The translations under genes and the position numbers were made by a program. From NCBI GenBank assembly GCA_946965045.2, contig OX337233.1:992001-1056000 (forward strand): a stretch of DNA of 64,000 bases. The letters run 5' to 3'. The notes below the pieces were generated by a model that made no database searches, was not told the DNA's origin, and worked only from the letters and a program-made list of their open reading frames with translations. Below are positions 32,501 to 42,734 of the stretch, piece after piece. The stretch comes from Epithemia pelagica (taxonomy: Eukaryota > Protista > Bacillariophyta). The stretch's first letter is position 1. Each line of letters opens with the position of its first letter.

Positions 32501-33868
32501 ATTAGTAGCCCAACGTTGAAACAATTTGCAGACGGGTTCGACCATTGCATTCTTCGAGGAATGGAAAGAGGAGAATTTCAATTGGGTCTTTCCGTGCACA
32601 ATCATGCACCACTGGTACTTCTTGGGATACGGCATCGATGGTGTGCGTCGAACCGAACTCATGTCAAGATACACACGATTCACGGTGGACTCCTCGCTTG
32701 GATCATATTCGTCGTCAAGTTTGGATTTGGATTTGGATCGAGGAAAGTTCTTGCGACGTGCTTTCCCAGCTGCACAAGCAGCGCATTGATCCATGGTGGT
32801 GGTTTCAAGAGTCATGCCAAGGTGTTCAACTATCGATTTGAGTTGATGTTGGCCGATATGTCCGAGACGATCATGAGCTTGCTGTAGGGACAAAATGGGG
32901 CGTTTCTTCGGTGGCATGTTGGTGACAGCGCCGACAATTTCGTGTGGAGAGCTTGAAGGTTGACGTCGTAAGTAAAGGCAAAAGATCATTCCTTCTGGTG
33001 TGGGAATTACAATATCGAACGTTACACTGACATTGTCTTTGCTGATGACGATGGCTTCAGATGAACCGGACAGATTCCAGCCTTGCTTGAGCATTTTAGA
33101 GATACTGAAAAGGTTGAAAGCTGCTGACGGTAATAAATTCACTCCAGTGAGTCTCGCTGGTCCGACTTCTTGTCCGTGCTTGTCATAGCAGAGTCCGGGT
33201 AATTCACCAATCAACGAGGGAGTCTCCGTTGTGTCATTTGCCATGACAAGGCCAACTGGATCGACGGGCTTGACGAGATTGATCATGCCTTCAGCATGGC
33301 TGGTCACGTGCTGAGTAGCACCAGTATCAGCAATCCAAATGTTGGGATCACGCAACAAATGAAGGTCTGGTGGAAATTCGATTCCGCTGAGCAATGCTTC
33401 AACTCGCGGACCAGAGTTGGATTGATTGGTCGTATTGGACGCAACAACAGTCGCAATATCAGGTGTGGGAGCAATTTGGACTGGAGGTGCAGACTGTGTT
33501 GGAGGGTGTTGGAGCTTGTGGTGCTTGTGGTGCTGGTTGTCGACGGCTAGTCCAATTCGGAGGGCGCAAATGTGCGTTCTGAGGATTCTCCCAACAGCGA
33601 TTGGTTGAATGACCGTAAACCTTACAGTCTTCGCAGTATGGACGTGGTCGATTGGGATCGTACGGACGTTGATACTGTCCACCACCATGTGTTGGCGGAC
33701 AATATGATTGCTGTGGTGTAGCAAGAGCAGTGCCTTGATTCTGTTGGTTCTGTTGTTGTTGGCACAAAAGGCATTGGTAGTACCCATGGCCTGGTTCCTG
33801 ACAGAAGTTGCATACGACTTGAGGATTCGGAGGTTCACCAGAGCCAACAGCTTGGCAAACAGGGACAT
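29507..33868 (-). CDS. pol: Copia pol: protease, GAG-pre-integrase, integrase, reverse transcriptase, RNase H
   Basis: Protease WIADTGATQH; HDRLGH...CAAC; integrase YLD...RLDNAGE...NSLAE; RT RARLNARG, MDVKGAFL, LYGTKQAA, DPCLY, SWVDD; RNase H SDSDFA...EAE...MDC...HID...ADLFTK. The functional pol portion starts near 33500. Confidence 0.95.
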   Translation of the reverse strand: MSLFAKLLALVNLRILKSYATSVRNQAMGTTNAFCANNNRTNRIKALLLLHHSNHIVRQHMVVDSINVRTIPIDHVHTAKTVRFTVIQPIAVGRILRTHICALRIGLAVDNQHHKHHKLQHPPTQSAPPVQIAPTPDIATVVASNTTNQSNSGPRVEALLSGIEFPPDLHLLRDPNIWIADTGATQHVTSHAEGMINLVKPVDPVGLVMANDTTETPSLIGELPGLCYDKHGQEVGPARLTGVNLLPSAAFNLFSISKMLKQGWNLSGSSEAIVISKDNVSVTFDIVIPTPEGMIFCLYLRRQPSSSPHEIVGAVTNMPPKKRPILSLQQAHDRLGHIGQHQLKSIVEHLGMTLETTTMDQCAACAAGKARRKNFPRSKSKSKLDDEYDPSEESTVNRVYLDMSSVRRTPSMPYPKKYQWCMIVHGKTQLKFSSFHSSKNAMVEPVCKLFQRWATNGLGVTHVRLDNAGENILLQSRAQSVAWKLGIEFEFTARNTPQQNSLAEVSISTIAMRGRAMMHRANLPLEYRNLLWTTAFDTATLLDGLIVIKIDGVSQTREHWCGQLPKFAHHLRTWGEAGTVKISTDTSKKLNDRGAHCLFVGYCKDHAGDVYRMFNPTTKMIYLTRDVVWLRRMYFVPPPSVPHLMVSPVVDPSTYADCDDLPLIDDAAPFIEMIPDENPENPQPDSKDEPEAIAHEPMEIERPTVETIDQATDADDNVSVLTSATPRREQVTRTGRHIRPPRRLIEEYACAGINFQQLSLSRAEQNYYHTMSSLGHEDSDFSDSSHHHDDQDNVPEPQVTDIRSGFQEVSVDYPLSDISGAFIQADIDPDYVAPKFPVDSVPSGYSANSTDLAKECAMVGAGLGGGIQNTKELHVLKYEEAINGPERDQWLESIEKDYQRMIDNGVFIPCSPVDVPADAKILSNVWAMKKKANGTFRARLNARGYEQVDGEHYDSHATFAPVASEMTIMIIFVLIILANWVVHVMDVKGAFLLGGFEKDRKMWMTIPKGMESKYPPGWLILLGKTLYGTKQAARAFWNKVQEVMQLIGFLRNRADPCLYFAWTVYGLVIWLSWVDDFLICGSEAGVLHSKAAMKEHFDCDDCGVLTEYIGCKVDIDREARSCKFTQPVLLRSFTDEFSVPHAPQPYSTPAAPGEVLRKDDGTPNLDSTKQSLYRSGVGKLLHLMKWTRPDILNSVRELSKFMKQATTNHLKAMYRVMRFCMDTSTRSKTLRPVGCWDGSRDGFEFEIRGVSDSDFAKDPEKRHSVSGISVFLQDAPISESSRMQDCVTLSVSEAEIVAAVETGQRMLLGMRVIEQMGLTVKKPMILQMDCKGALALTHSWSVGGRTRHIDVKWHFLREMKEDGLIHTIWVHSPDNSADLFTKNLSGPDFKRHSLVYCSDIDPSSTADDDPSSMAMNEHGAHVEPIVGSETALIAHQGPIPYWIQCFLRQAPSN

Positions 33869-34598
33869 TCTTGACAGCAGGAGTCACCTGAAGCGACAAT
33901 CCACCACTGTCGATGCTCGATTCGGTCACATCTTCACCGTCGTCATCTTCATCATGATGCAAGTTCCATTGAGTCATCATTGCATCGATCAAGTCATCGG
34001 CAGTGACTTGACTTCCTTTCGCACGTTGTTCAGCAGCAACAATCGTGCTATAGATCGGAGCAGCCTTCTCGATGACAATGGCGACAAGATCGTCGTCTCC
34101 CAATTCATGACTGTGTCTGTTTTCAATCTGTGAAATCTTCTTACAAAGAATCTTGGGGTTCATGGTGTCCGTCATATTGATCTTGTTGATGTCTTGCCGA
34201 ATTCGCGTTTTGGCCGCGATATTCTCACTTGTATAATTGCGAAGCAACCCCTTGATAATGATGTGCGCTTGTCCTCCAGGCCAATCGCTTGTAATGGACT
34301 TCATGACGAGCTTGAGGTCGTCATCGGCTTGGAGAGCCATACTCAAACACGATACCGCCATTGCATTTCGATGTAATGCCTTCTTCTGTTTCTTTCCTGA
34401 ATCGGTGGTATCATCAATGACTGCGTCTTCTGTTCCCGGCAGATCAGGATCAGGAGTATCAGACATAGCTTGGATAAAGTTATATACGCGTGCATGCAAA
34501 CGAAAGCGCATCCACCAAATGGGATAGTCGGCCTTTTTGCCTGAGAAGGATGGAACCTTGACTGCCGTTGCTGTCTTGTCTCCGTTTGTGGTTTCCAT
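33459..34598 (-). CDS. gag: Copia gag with two CCHC zinc knuckles
   Basis: VPSFSGKKADYPIWWMRF, CNFCQEPGHGYYQC and CEDCKVYGHSTNRC. It is in a different frame from pol. Confidence 0.92.
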   Translation of the reverse strand: METTNGDKTATAVKVPSFSGKKADYPIWWMRFRLHARVYNFIQAMSDTPDPDLPGTEDAVIDDTTDSGKKQKKALHRNAMAVSCLSMALQADDDLKLVMKSITSDWPGGQAHIIIKGLLRNYTSENIAAKTRIRQDINKINMTDTMNPKILCKKISQIENRHSHELGDDDLVAIVIEKAAPIYSTIVAAEQRAKGSQVTADDLIDAMMTQWNLHHDEDDDGEDVTESSIDSGGLSLQVTPAVKNVPVCQAVGSGEPPNPQVVCNFCQEPGHGYYQCLLCQQQQNQQNQGTALATPQQSYCPPTHGGGQYQRPYDPNRPRPYCEDCKVYGHSTNRCWENPQNAHLRPPNWTSRRQPAPQAPQAPTPSNTVCTSSPNCSHT

Positions 34599-34824
34599 GA
34601 TGATGAGATTGATAGATGATTTGGAGTTAGACAAGATGGATAACAACACAACAATACACGATCAACGATCCCAAACCTTTGCGGTAATGGTCGTTCTGTC
34701 CCGATTTTGATTCAACAATCCAAGGTTTCGACTCAGTTCCTTGATTCTTCTTGTTCCCGTGAGCTTCGTTTCTCTCTCTCTTGTAACAAAGGACCAATAG
34801 AGCAACCGCCGATACTAGCTAGTG

Positions 34825-35100
34825 TGTTGGATCACTAGATTGGCCCAAATGGGGTCTCCTGTGCACAGAAGTAATACAGTTGTAAGCGTAGATGAAAGGT
34901 TTGCAAAATGTTCAATCTTAAAAGAGTGAGAGTTACGACTAGAGTAATGTCCAAGATGGGAGTTGTTGTTGTGCCAGTTGTGATCGTAATCGTCCAAGAT
35001 CTAGGTGAGCTATTACCGCCTCCCATGCGGTTTCTATCCCAAAGATCATATGTGCGACCGACTCATGACATGAAGAGCGATTCAATTCTTGATTCCAACA
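34825..35100 (-). repeat. 5' LTR of Copia element 1
   Basis: Identical to 28917-29192 except gctatTacc versus gctatAacc. Confidence 0.95.
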
Positions 35101-35777
35101 CATGATGGCGTGAACATACATTAGAGTTGCTGTTTTGCTATCAATACACTGTGTAGCTACTACTGTGATGTGTATTGTGTACCAATAGGTGTCCAAACAA
35201 TGTAAGATAAGAGCCATATAGTCCCTTTGAGTTGCTTCGTTCGAAATGGCAAGACGTCGCTTCCGTACCTGTGCCACGAGGCATGGCGCCTATGAGTCTG
35301 ATGCATAATAGCCTTAACCTTTAAATTTTGGTGATGCCGATGCATCCTACACTATTGGTTTGAGGTCTATGACTGGGAAGACAGGTTTGAAGAGTCCAAA
35401 TAGGTGCACAACAACCTGTGCAACACCATGGTCCGTGTTGTCATCGTGGTGGAGGAAATGAGATATGCCGGCCGACTGGAAACAGGTTATTTTTGGCAAA
35501 TAGGTATGGGGGTGGCTCAGAGAAATTACACCCTATAAGCCACCCCCGCTAGGGGGTAACCATCTCTTCCCTTTCGCTCACAAAACAGACACCATTCAGA
35601 ATTGTGGATATTGATTGCTGCAAAGAGTCAAAACTCTGTGACACGAAACCATCATCCCTTGTCCTATTTTGTTGCTTCAGACCATACCCAGTCATCATTC
35701 ATCCTTCTCGTGAGACGATCGACATCAACCACATTGCTTCATAAAATTGAAACTTGGTCATCAGCCATACATACAAG

Positions 35778-37328
35778 ATGAATGCACTTTCCATTGCCTC
35801 TCGTCGACGTGCGCTTGCTCGTCGAGCCACATGTACATCCGTTCAGCACACGACCGTTCGTGGTCTGTCCAGCCAACAAGGACACGATGCGGCAGGTCGA
35901 CTGAAATCTATCTACGCTTTCACGCCGCAGCAGACCAACGAAACGTTCGAAGATGTTGGATATGGACCTCTTGTTGTACAGCGGCGTGATCTTCTTGAGG
36001 AAATAATCCAATACGCCTCCCCGAAGAAGTCTGTGCACATTAGCGGGTGCAAGGGTGCAGGGAAAAGCACGGTGCTGAACCAGATTGGAGAGCTGCTGGT
36101 CAGCAATGGCAAAACAGTTTTTTTCTTTGAAAACGCAACATCGTTTCAGCAACTAGATGTGAATGAATGGATTAGGAGAATGGCAGCGGTGAAACAAGAA
36201 GCGTACATTCTGGTCGACGAGACACAAGCCAATGTTGACTCGGACATATTTACCGTGCTTTTGAAGAATACAAAAAATCACCGTCTCACGACAATCGGTG
36301 CTGGGGTTCCCCACTATCAAACAATAAGTGGGTCGTTCAAGAAATCAATTGCAACTGATCGGCTTTTTGTTGCCGAAGATATGCTTGTTGAGGAGGGGAT
36401 AACAGACTATTTTGCGTCCAACACCACGGCTGCAACAGGAGCTGAGATTGAAAAGCTTCTTCAATTCATCCGCTCGCATGTTGGTGGACACATCTACCCA
36501 TTAATGTGGCTTGCAGAGCATCTTGTTCCGAAGATGAAAAACGAAGGCTTCTCGGTGGAGGAGGTGATCAGATACTTTGAGTCGAACGACTTTCGAGGTC
36601 AACAGGCATTCCAAGAAATGGTTCAACGCATCCTGCCGGATGTTACTGCTACCGACGTTCGCCCATTACTCTACAGAGACCCCGATGATCGTGCTGTCGC
36701 TGATCTTCGAAAGAAAGGATTTTGCGATAGCAATGGCATGATCGTTTCACAATTTCTCTTTGAGAATTTCGTGTCGCATCAAGGAGGAAAAGGAACTTTG
36801 TTGGCTACCAAGCTGAACCATGGCATTGCTGGTGTGCAGCAACTGCTTTCTCACACCCTTCCAAAGCTTAACCGGGACCAGTATGGACCTCATGGAGGTC
36901 CAATCGAAGACGCTATGACGTTTGAGCTCTTGCTTGGCCTCTCCAAAGTTAAACAACTCGACACTCGACTGTTCAACCCCAAGCTCATCAATACGGGGAC
37001 TGCAGCAAGAAAGCCAGACCTCTACTTCAACTCAACAATCGATAGTTATATTGAGTGTGTTCTCACTTCAGCCAATAATGCAACGGAGAGGAGGAGTCTT
37101 GATGAGCACATTTCACGATTCTATCCAAATACTGACGGTGACGTCTACTACAATATTGGAGACTCCAGTTTTGCCATCATCAATTATCAGGTCGCAGGCA
37201 CGGAACCTTTGCAACCCGAAAATCAGCATTTTCGAGGCCAAGTTTTTGACGAACGAGTGTTTACCCTCGTTATGCCGACCAAGGAAGTTTATCGAGGAAG
37301 CACGCTCATCGCTTCGCCGTGTATGTAG
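35778..37328 (+). CDS. Crinkler-like P-loop NTPase + PD-(D/E)xK-fold protein with its native N-terminus (parent of the chimera)
   Basis: 516-aa ORF. Arg-rich N-terminus MNALSIASRRRALARRATCTSVQHTTVRGLSS, Walker A GCKGAGKS, Walker B ILVDE, and C-terminal PDLYFNSTIDSYIEC...LDEHISRF...G.VYY resembling the CRN DFYI...IEL...EH..RF...G.Y signature. The family call is from motif memory, not a search. Confidence 0.7.
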   Translation: MNALSIASRRRALARRATCTSVQHTTVRGLSSQQGHDAAGRLKSIYAFTPQQTNETFEDVGYGPLVVQRRDLLEEIIQYASPKKSVHISGCKGAGKSTVLNQIGELLVSNGKTVFFFENATSFQQLDVNEWIRRMAAVKQEAYILVDETQANVDSDIFTVLLKNTKNHRLTTIGAGVPHYQTISGSFKKSIATDRLFVAEDMLVEEGITDYFASNTTAATGAEIEKLLQFIRSHVGGHIYPLMWLAEHLVPKMKNEGFSVEEVIRYFESNDFRGQQAFQEMVQRILPDVTATDVRPLLYRDPDDRAVADLRKKGFCDSNGMIVSQFLFENFVSHQGGKGTLLATKLNHGIAGVQQLLSHTLPKLNRDQYGPHGGPIEDAMTFELLLGLSKVKQLDTRLFNPKLINTGTAARKPDLYFNSTIDSYIECVLTSANNATERRSLDEHISRFYPNTDGDVYYNIGDSSFAIINYQVAGTEPLQPENQHFRGQVFDERVFTLVMPTKEVYRGSTLIASPCM

Positions 37329-37611
37329 GACAGCGATGCTCAATTCCCTTGAGTGTTCAAATAACCAAACGTCCCTACAAGGCACTACTCTTTACTGCAA
37401 TGAAGATTCGCTTTCTAAGGCATTCCTAGATCCCTATCAAGGCAACTGAAGTCCCATGAGGTCCCCGCAGGCAGCGAAGAACAAGACATGTTAGACATGA
37501 TTCGCAGAAGCTACTTTGGATACTCTGGTGACTTTTGCAGTTTGCAGCGATAGCGACGGTTGGTCGGACAGGAGGTGATCGTCCATGTTTACCGGAAGAC
37601 CATTCGCTGTG

Positions 37612-38493
37612 TCAACAACCATCCCACCATATGGCCAAGTTTCGGCCTTGAAAGGGAAGTGTAGAACAATTAAACCGCTCATCTTTCGACAGAATGTATT
37701 CACAGAACTCCTCATATGATCTAACTTTGACCCGTCGCATTGCCGTTGGTGATCCGGATACTGCTTCATTTGAGTCGTCAGTGTATCCCTTCGACCTCAA
37801 AATTGGGAAGAACTTTTCACCCTCTTCAGACTCTTCCACAAGAACCGTGCGAAAGTTGAATATATTAGGGAAAACGCAGCAGGGTACGACAACAAAGGGC
37901 TTTTTGTAGTGCAAAGCGGCGTCAACAATAGCTTCCGTAGCACTGTCAGCATGCATTCCAACGATCAAACAGCTTTCTTCAATTGCAGAAATAAGATTTG
38001 GTTTTGCTTTCATCCCTGGTAGAGTGCTTTCACTTGTAAAGTACAACTGGTGCTGTTGCACCAATTGTTCCATCCTTTGAAAAGGCTTAGTACCAGTACT
38101 CTCCGCTTCTTCCATGTGCAAAGTCGCCCGAGCTTGCCACTTTTTCGGAAGTTGGGGGATTACATGTTTCTGAAGACATACAACCACGTCGGTGGGTCGA
38201 GGATCAACAATAATGACACGACGTTGGAGGCACCAAGCCAGACGTGTGGCTAATTCTCCTTTACCACCTCCAGCCACGTCAAGGATTGGAGGACAGTCGC
38301 TATCGTTTGAGTTGTTTGAAAATACTTGAGGAAATGTATGTTGAAGCCATTTTACAAAATCTTTCGTTTTGTTGTTGTTTCGAGCTCCATGTCGGCCTCG
38401 ATTCCTTTGGGGCAACTTATCATGTGAAGACACTTTGTCCCCCAAACTACCGTGCTGCCGCTGTTCTTTCGGCTTTCCTTCGACTCTAGGCAT
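37612..38493 (-). CDS. Methyltransferase-like protein, duplicate of 18206-19087
   Basis: Identical 293-aa translation. Confidence 0.65.
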   Translation of the reverse strand: MPRVEGKPKEQRQHGSLGDKVSSHDKLPQRNRGRHGARNNNKTKDFVKWLQHTFPQVFSNNSNDSDCPPILDVAGGGKGELATRLAWCLQRRVIIVDPRPTDVVVCLQKHVIPQLPKKWQARATLHMEEAESTGTKPFQRMEQLVQQHQLYFTSESTLPGMKAKPNLISAIEESCLIVGMHADSATEAIVDAALHYKKPFVVVPCCVFPNIFNFRTVLVEESEEGEKFFPILRSKGYTDDSNEAVSGSPTAMRRVKVRSYEEFCEYILSKDERFNCSTLPFQGRNLAIWWDGC

Positions 38494-38643
38494 GCTATCC
38501 TTGCTTGCGTCGGCGATGGCCTTTCAATTTGGAGAGAAGTGACATGGCCACACGAGATGAGGATCGTTGTGATCTGTTGTGATATTGTGAATGGTGAATT
38601 GTGACAGACAATGCCGGTCGGTTGACAGCCAGACCTCATTTAG

Positions 38644-41600
38644 TATCCCTTTTTTGGATCTTGGATCATCTGGTGCTCATCTAATGGAGCAAAGAAGAGT
38701 GATGGAGGAGACAAAGGCCCCAACGAAGAAGTGAAGCGTGTACCCAAAACGTACAAGGAATTGGTGAAGTACAACAAAGAAAAGCTTCGCGATCTGGAGA
38801 AGACCGTAAGTTCGGAGGAGTATCAGAAAGTACGTTCTCAAATGCAAAAGAAAGAACAGCAGCTATTCAAGAAAGAAGAAGCTGAGAGAAAAGAAAAGGA
38901 GCGCCTGGATCGTATTCGGAAACGGCGTTTTCCAATGGAAGACACCAAGTTACATTAGGAGGATAAGGAATTGGGAGTGAAACCACCTGCAGACGTCATG
39001 CCCCGTCCGACAGTACCTTATTTCTGGCAAATGGTTCTGCCTCTCAACGATCCGGGCCGTCAGGGCAGAACATCCGATCATGTCCTACGATACAGCAAAT
39101 CAGACGCCCTGGCACATGGCAGCCATGGACTGGTCTCTGATTTGCTCCAGGTGTACTACTTTTTTCGAGGGGACGTGCATTTCACTGGAGATACGGACTC
39201 CACAGAGCAAATTCTCCCCACGACTAAACGAAAACGGGGACAAGGCGGCAAGTCTGTTGAGGAACCCGGTTCGTCATTGATTGTGCCCGAATTTACCCTG
39301 TCTAATCTGATTTACTCCACGGAAGAACTCTTGAATGGGAATGCCAGGAAAAGCCGACTGGTGCCTCCTCTGATTTCGCATTTATTTGTCACGTGTTTGC
39401 AACTCTTGTGCCGAGCGCCTGAGGATGGAAAGACTGGCTCTTCCTCTCTCGGAAAAGACCCTCAAAAGCTGTTGCAATTCGAACTGAACAAGTACCTTTT
39501 GCCTGCTCTTACGCCAGGAAGTTGGCCTGACGTGTGTCATCTTTACATGGATGCGGTCGAACGGTTTTATAGTACAGAATCAAGCAGAGATCCGGCAGTC
39601 TTACCTCCCCTCAACACGGATCTTTCCTACCTGTTTGGCCGAATTGATGAACCTATCATTCCAATGACACCAGCACCCACAAAAACAAATGACAACGTAG
39701 AAGCGCGTGGCAGGGATCCGTTTCCTCTCCCCGATGCATACGGTGCTTATCTAGGGGATTTTCGAAGCGTTTTGTATCGTGCTCATGAAAAACTCGGTAG
39801 AATGGAGGCATGGTCACTCACAGCAGAGGAGTTGTTTGCTCTTCTCCGAGCCCTCACGGATGATTTACTAGCATTTTACCCAGGGATGGCGGAGAAAATT
39901 GCGTTTCGTGAGGACAAAATGTACGAGTTGTTGAAAGCCAAAAAGGCTGCGGATGCAAAGTTTCGAAAAGTGAAACTTGCATATGAAGGTCCGGCGAAAC
40001 CAAAAAAGCCGCAAGAAACTTCGGGTTCTGGAGACAAAGATACCAACGAGGCAAGCAAAAGCAACGGTACAAACGGTGCGACTGAGGTCTCAGGAGCTCC
40101 AAAACCAACCGCAACAAAGAAAGAATATGAGACGGCGTTACGAATGCAACAAAAAGCCAATGATGCCTACGAAAAGGGAATTCGTCAACTTGTAGCACGA
40201 ACTGAACCAGTTGGACACGATCGAAACCACAACGCCCTTTACTGCTTTCGCCGTGACCCCGAAGTTTTGTATGTAGAGGAACTACGCAACCCTTCAAATA
40301 CCACCGAGCTCGCAGTTCCGGAAGAGTTCCAATTTCACCGTCGCTCTTGGCATGTCATTGAAACATCATCCTTGTTTGATTCGTTTACTTCCAGTCTTGA
40401 TATCCGTGGCAAACGGGAGCAGGATCTCTACGAAACCATGCTGGGCCCCGCAGGTGGCCAGCAGTCGTTGCGACGATACTTGCACGACGATGTGAAAGAC
40501 GAAGCTGAAAAATCAAGCCGCCGACGTGAAAAAGAGGCACTTTACAAAAGACTTGAAGTAGCAAAAGTGAAATGTGACGAAAAAGATAGACGCAGCGGTC
40601 GACTGGCTCACCAAGCAGAAGACGAACTTTCCCGAATACAATCGGAACTTGATAAGTTTGAGAAGCAACCCGCACCTTCTGTGTCTGTTTCATCGACTGA
40701 TGATATGACTGGCTTGACGGTACTGCGCTCTTTCGACACAGGCATTGATCGAAGGGAAACAAGAAGATCACGAGAGAAGCATGCTTCCAGCCGACCAATT
40801 TCGCATCTTCCGTGTAGCAATCTCGTTCCGTCTGGAAATATTGATGGCTCCGGAATTGTTGGGATCCTCGTTTCGCAATTACTCTCCGTGGAAGAAGCTT
40901 GCGAGGATGTCGCCCCCTGGCCAGAGGACAAGCGAAACGCATGGACCACAAAGGTTGAGACATCTGTTCATTCGTGGTATAGTGCATTGAATAATGTAGA
41001 CCAGGTTGACAATGGATCGAAGGCGGGTATTTCTGATTCTCCCTACTCTGTGATGTCGAGTGGCAAGAAGCGTCGAGGGGGAGAAACACCTAATTCTCAA
41101 GCTGCCGGACTTCAATCTATAACGTCTGTGACGAACTCGTTGAAGCAACCACTTTTGGAGCTCGAAGAGAGGGTGGCCGATATTTCAAATGTTGCGGTGA
41201 TGAGCCGCGATGCCGAAATCGCCGACGAAAATATGTCAACAGACGGATCTGGAGATGCACAGAATCGTGAGCTGGATGTCGCTTGGAAGAGAGAACTCCA
41301 TCGCCTCAGAAGTACATCTTCCCGACAACATCTTAAAGTCCGCGAACTTTTGGTGAAAGCGATATCGCTGGCCAGAAAAGCCCATGCCTCAGACGTTGTT
41401 GCAGAACTTCGTGCGGCCCTACTTCTGCTACATCCAAATGCCGCTAGCGAGAGTCGACAAGCGGGAATAAGTGTGTTGGAAGCACATGGGGGTTTCGAGG
41501 GTCCTGAAATGGAAGAAGCTGACGAAGAAGATGACAGTGGGGAAGGCAAAGGGGAAGAAACTGTCTCTGTTCTTTGTGCCGAGGCTGCACTTCTCACTGG

Positions 41601-42186
41601 TTGTCTCGGGGGAAGCGAGGAGGCGACGAGGTCCGATTGGATAGAGCTCGTGAAATCCTGCAAGACCCTTTCGAGACTTTCGTCGTTGACTGCTGGATTC
41701 GCTCACGTTGCCGAAGGGAAACTCGCAAAGATCACGGAAGAAAAAGATGCTCTCATGGATGCAATGTCGACTTGGGAAAAAGAGGCTACTAGGAATCGCG
41801 CTGGGAAGAAACGTAGTCGAACGCAGGAAGATGAAACTGGACCCTCTGAGGTGTGGGCCGATGTAACATTTACAGACGAAATCTGTATGGTCAAGGCGGA
41901 GGAATGGCCATGGTGGCCAGCCAAGAAATGTAAAACCAAAGACGTGGACTTGGGTAAGACGATTGCGTCATTGGGCCGTGTTTTGGTGGCCTTTATGGGT
42001 GAGATGGGAGGCCTTCGTATAGTTAAGAAGGACATGATTCGTCCGTTTACCGGAGAGCCAATCGCGGAAGAAACTGATGTACCAAAGAAAACAAGAGTCC
42101 TCCTGGATGAATGTTTGGCCATGGCTCGCAGAATTCAGAGGGGATCCTCCAGTGGCACGAGGAAGTCCATTCGAGTGAAATCGTAG
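38644..42186 (+). pseudogene. DDT/WHIM/WSD/PWWP protein, second copy (1071-aa open frame after an in-frame TAG; no start codon)
   Basis: The frame is open from 38644 without an ATG, with TAG at 38956-38958, then continuous to 42186 including the PWWP domain. Confidence 0.75.
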
Positions 42187-42734
42187 TTATAACGGTGTAC
42201 TCGTAGTTATAGTGTTACCACCGCCCACAAGCACCCGTTTGGTTTTGGTGGGCGTCTGTCCCAGACGTGGTGAATGACGAGATCTCCAATTCTATTTTAC
42301 TAGGACCCTTGTACACGCAAGGACTCGTACCGTTCGTAATGCCTAGGACAACCATATCCGTCGGGAGGAACTGATTCGTCGCTGCAGGAGTCTGTGGTAG
42401 CATTGCGAGTTGAGAGAGCAAGTCCATTCGAAAGAAGTCTTAATACCATAATGTTGATTGGATAATTCTCTTTCGAGTTTCTTTCTTTAGTCTCGTTGCT
42501 GATAGTTCTACTTCGAAAGCCTTCGCGTTTCTCAGAATGCCTTGCTTTCTAAAACCGAACAGCTTGTGCAGCAAATTTACACTTTCTATGTATTATAACC
42601 TAATGTGGAGGATGGGGTCAGTTGCGAGGACCAGTTTCTTGCAGGGAATTGGTAGTCCAATCATCACATTTCTGGAGGTATGTGGAACGTACGATCATCC
42701 ATGACAAAAGAGCGCGCATTGTTTTTGGTGTAGT

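Larger units (their letters stand above)
28917..35100 (-). mobile_element. Full-length Ty1/copia (CoDi-type) LTR retrotransposon, recent insertion
   Basis: 276-bp TG...CA LTRs (28917-29192 and 34825-35100) with one mismatch. TSD is aatga/catga. Domain order is gag, protease, integrase, RT, RNase H. Confidence 0.97.
28624..35558. mobile_element. Mutator-like (MULE) non-autonomous element, about 750 bp when empty, interrupted by a Copia
   Basis: Diverged TIRs of about 120 bp (tacccc..ctagcgggggtgg...atatctcatt / aatgagatat...ccacccccgctagggggta). A 10-bp TSD has one mismatch: accatccctt 28614-28623 and accatctctt 35559-35568. Confidence 0.75.

Noticed and set aside
34801-34824. Primer-binding sites of the two Copia elements (also 52921-52937)
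   Set aside because: Neither matches the canonical TGGTATCAGAGC, and I cannot match them to a specific tRNA without a search. Left unassigned.
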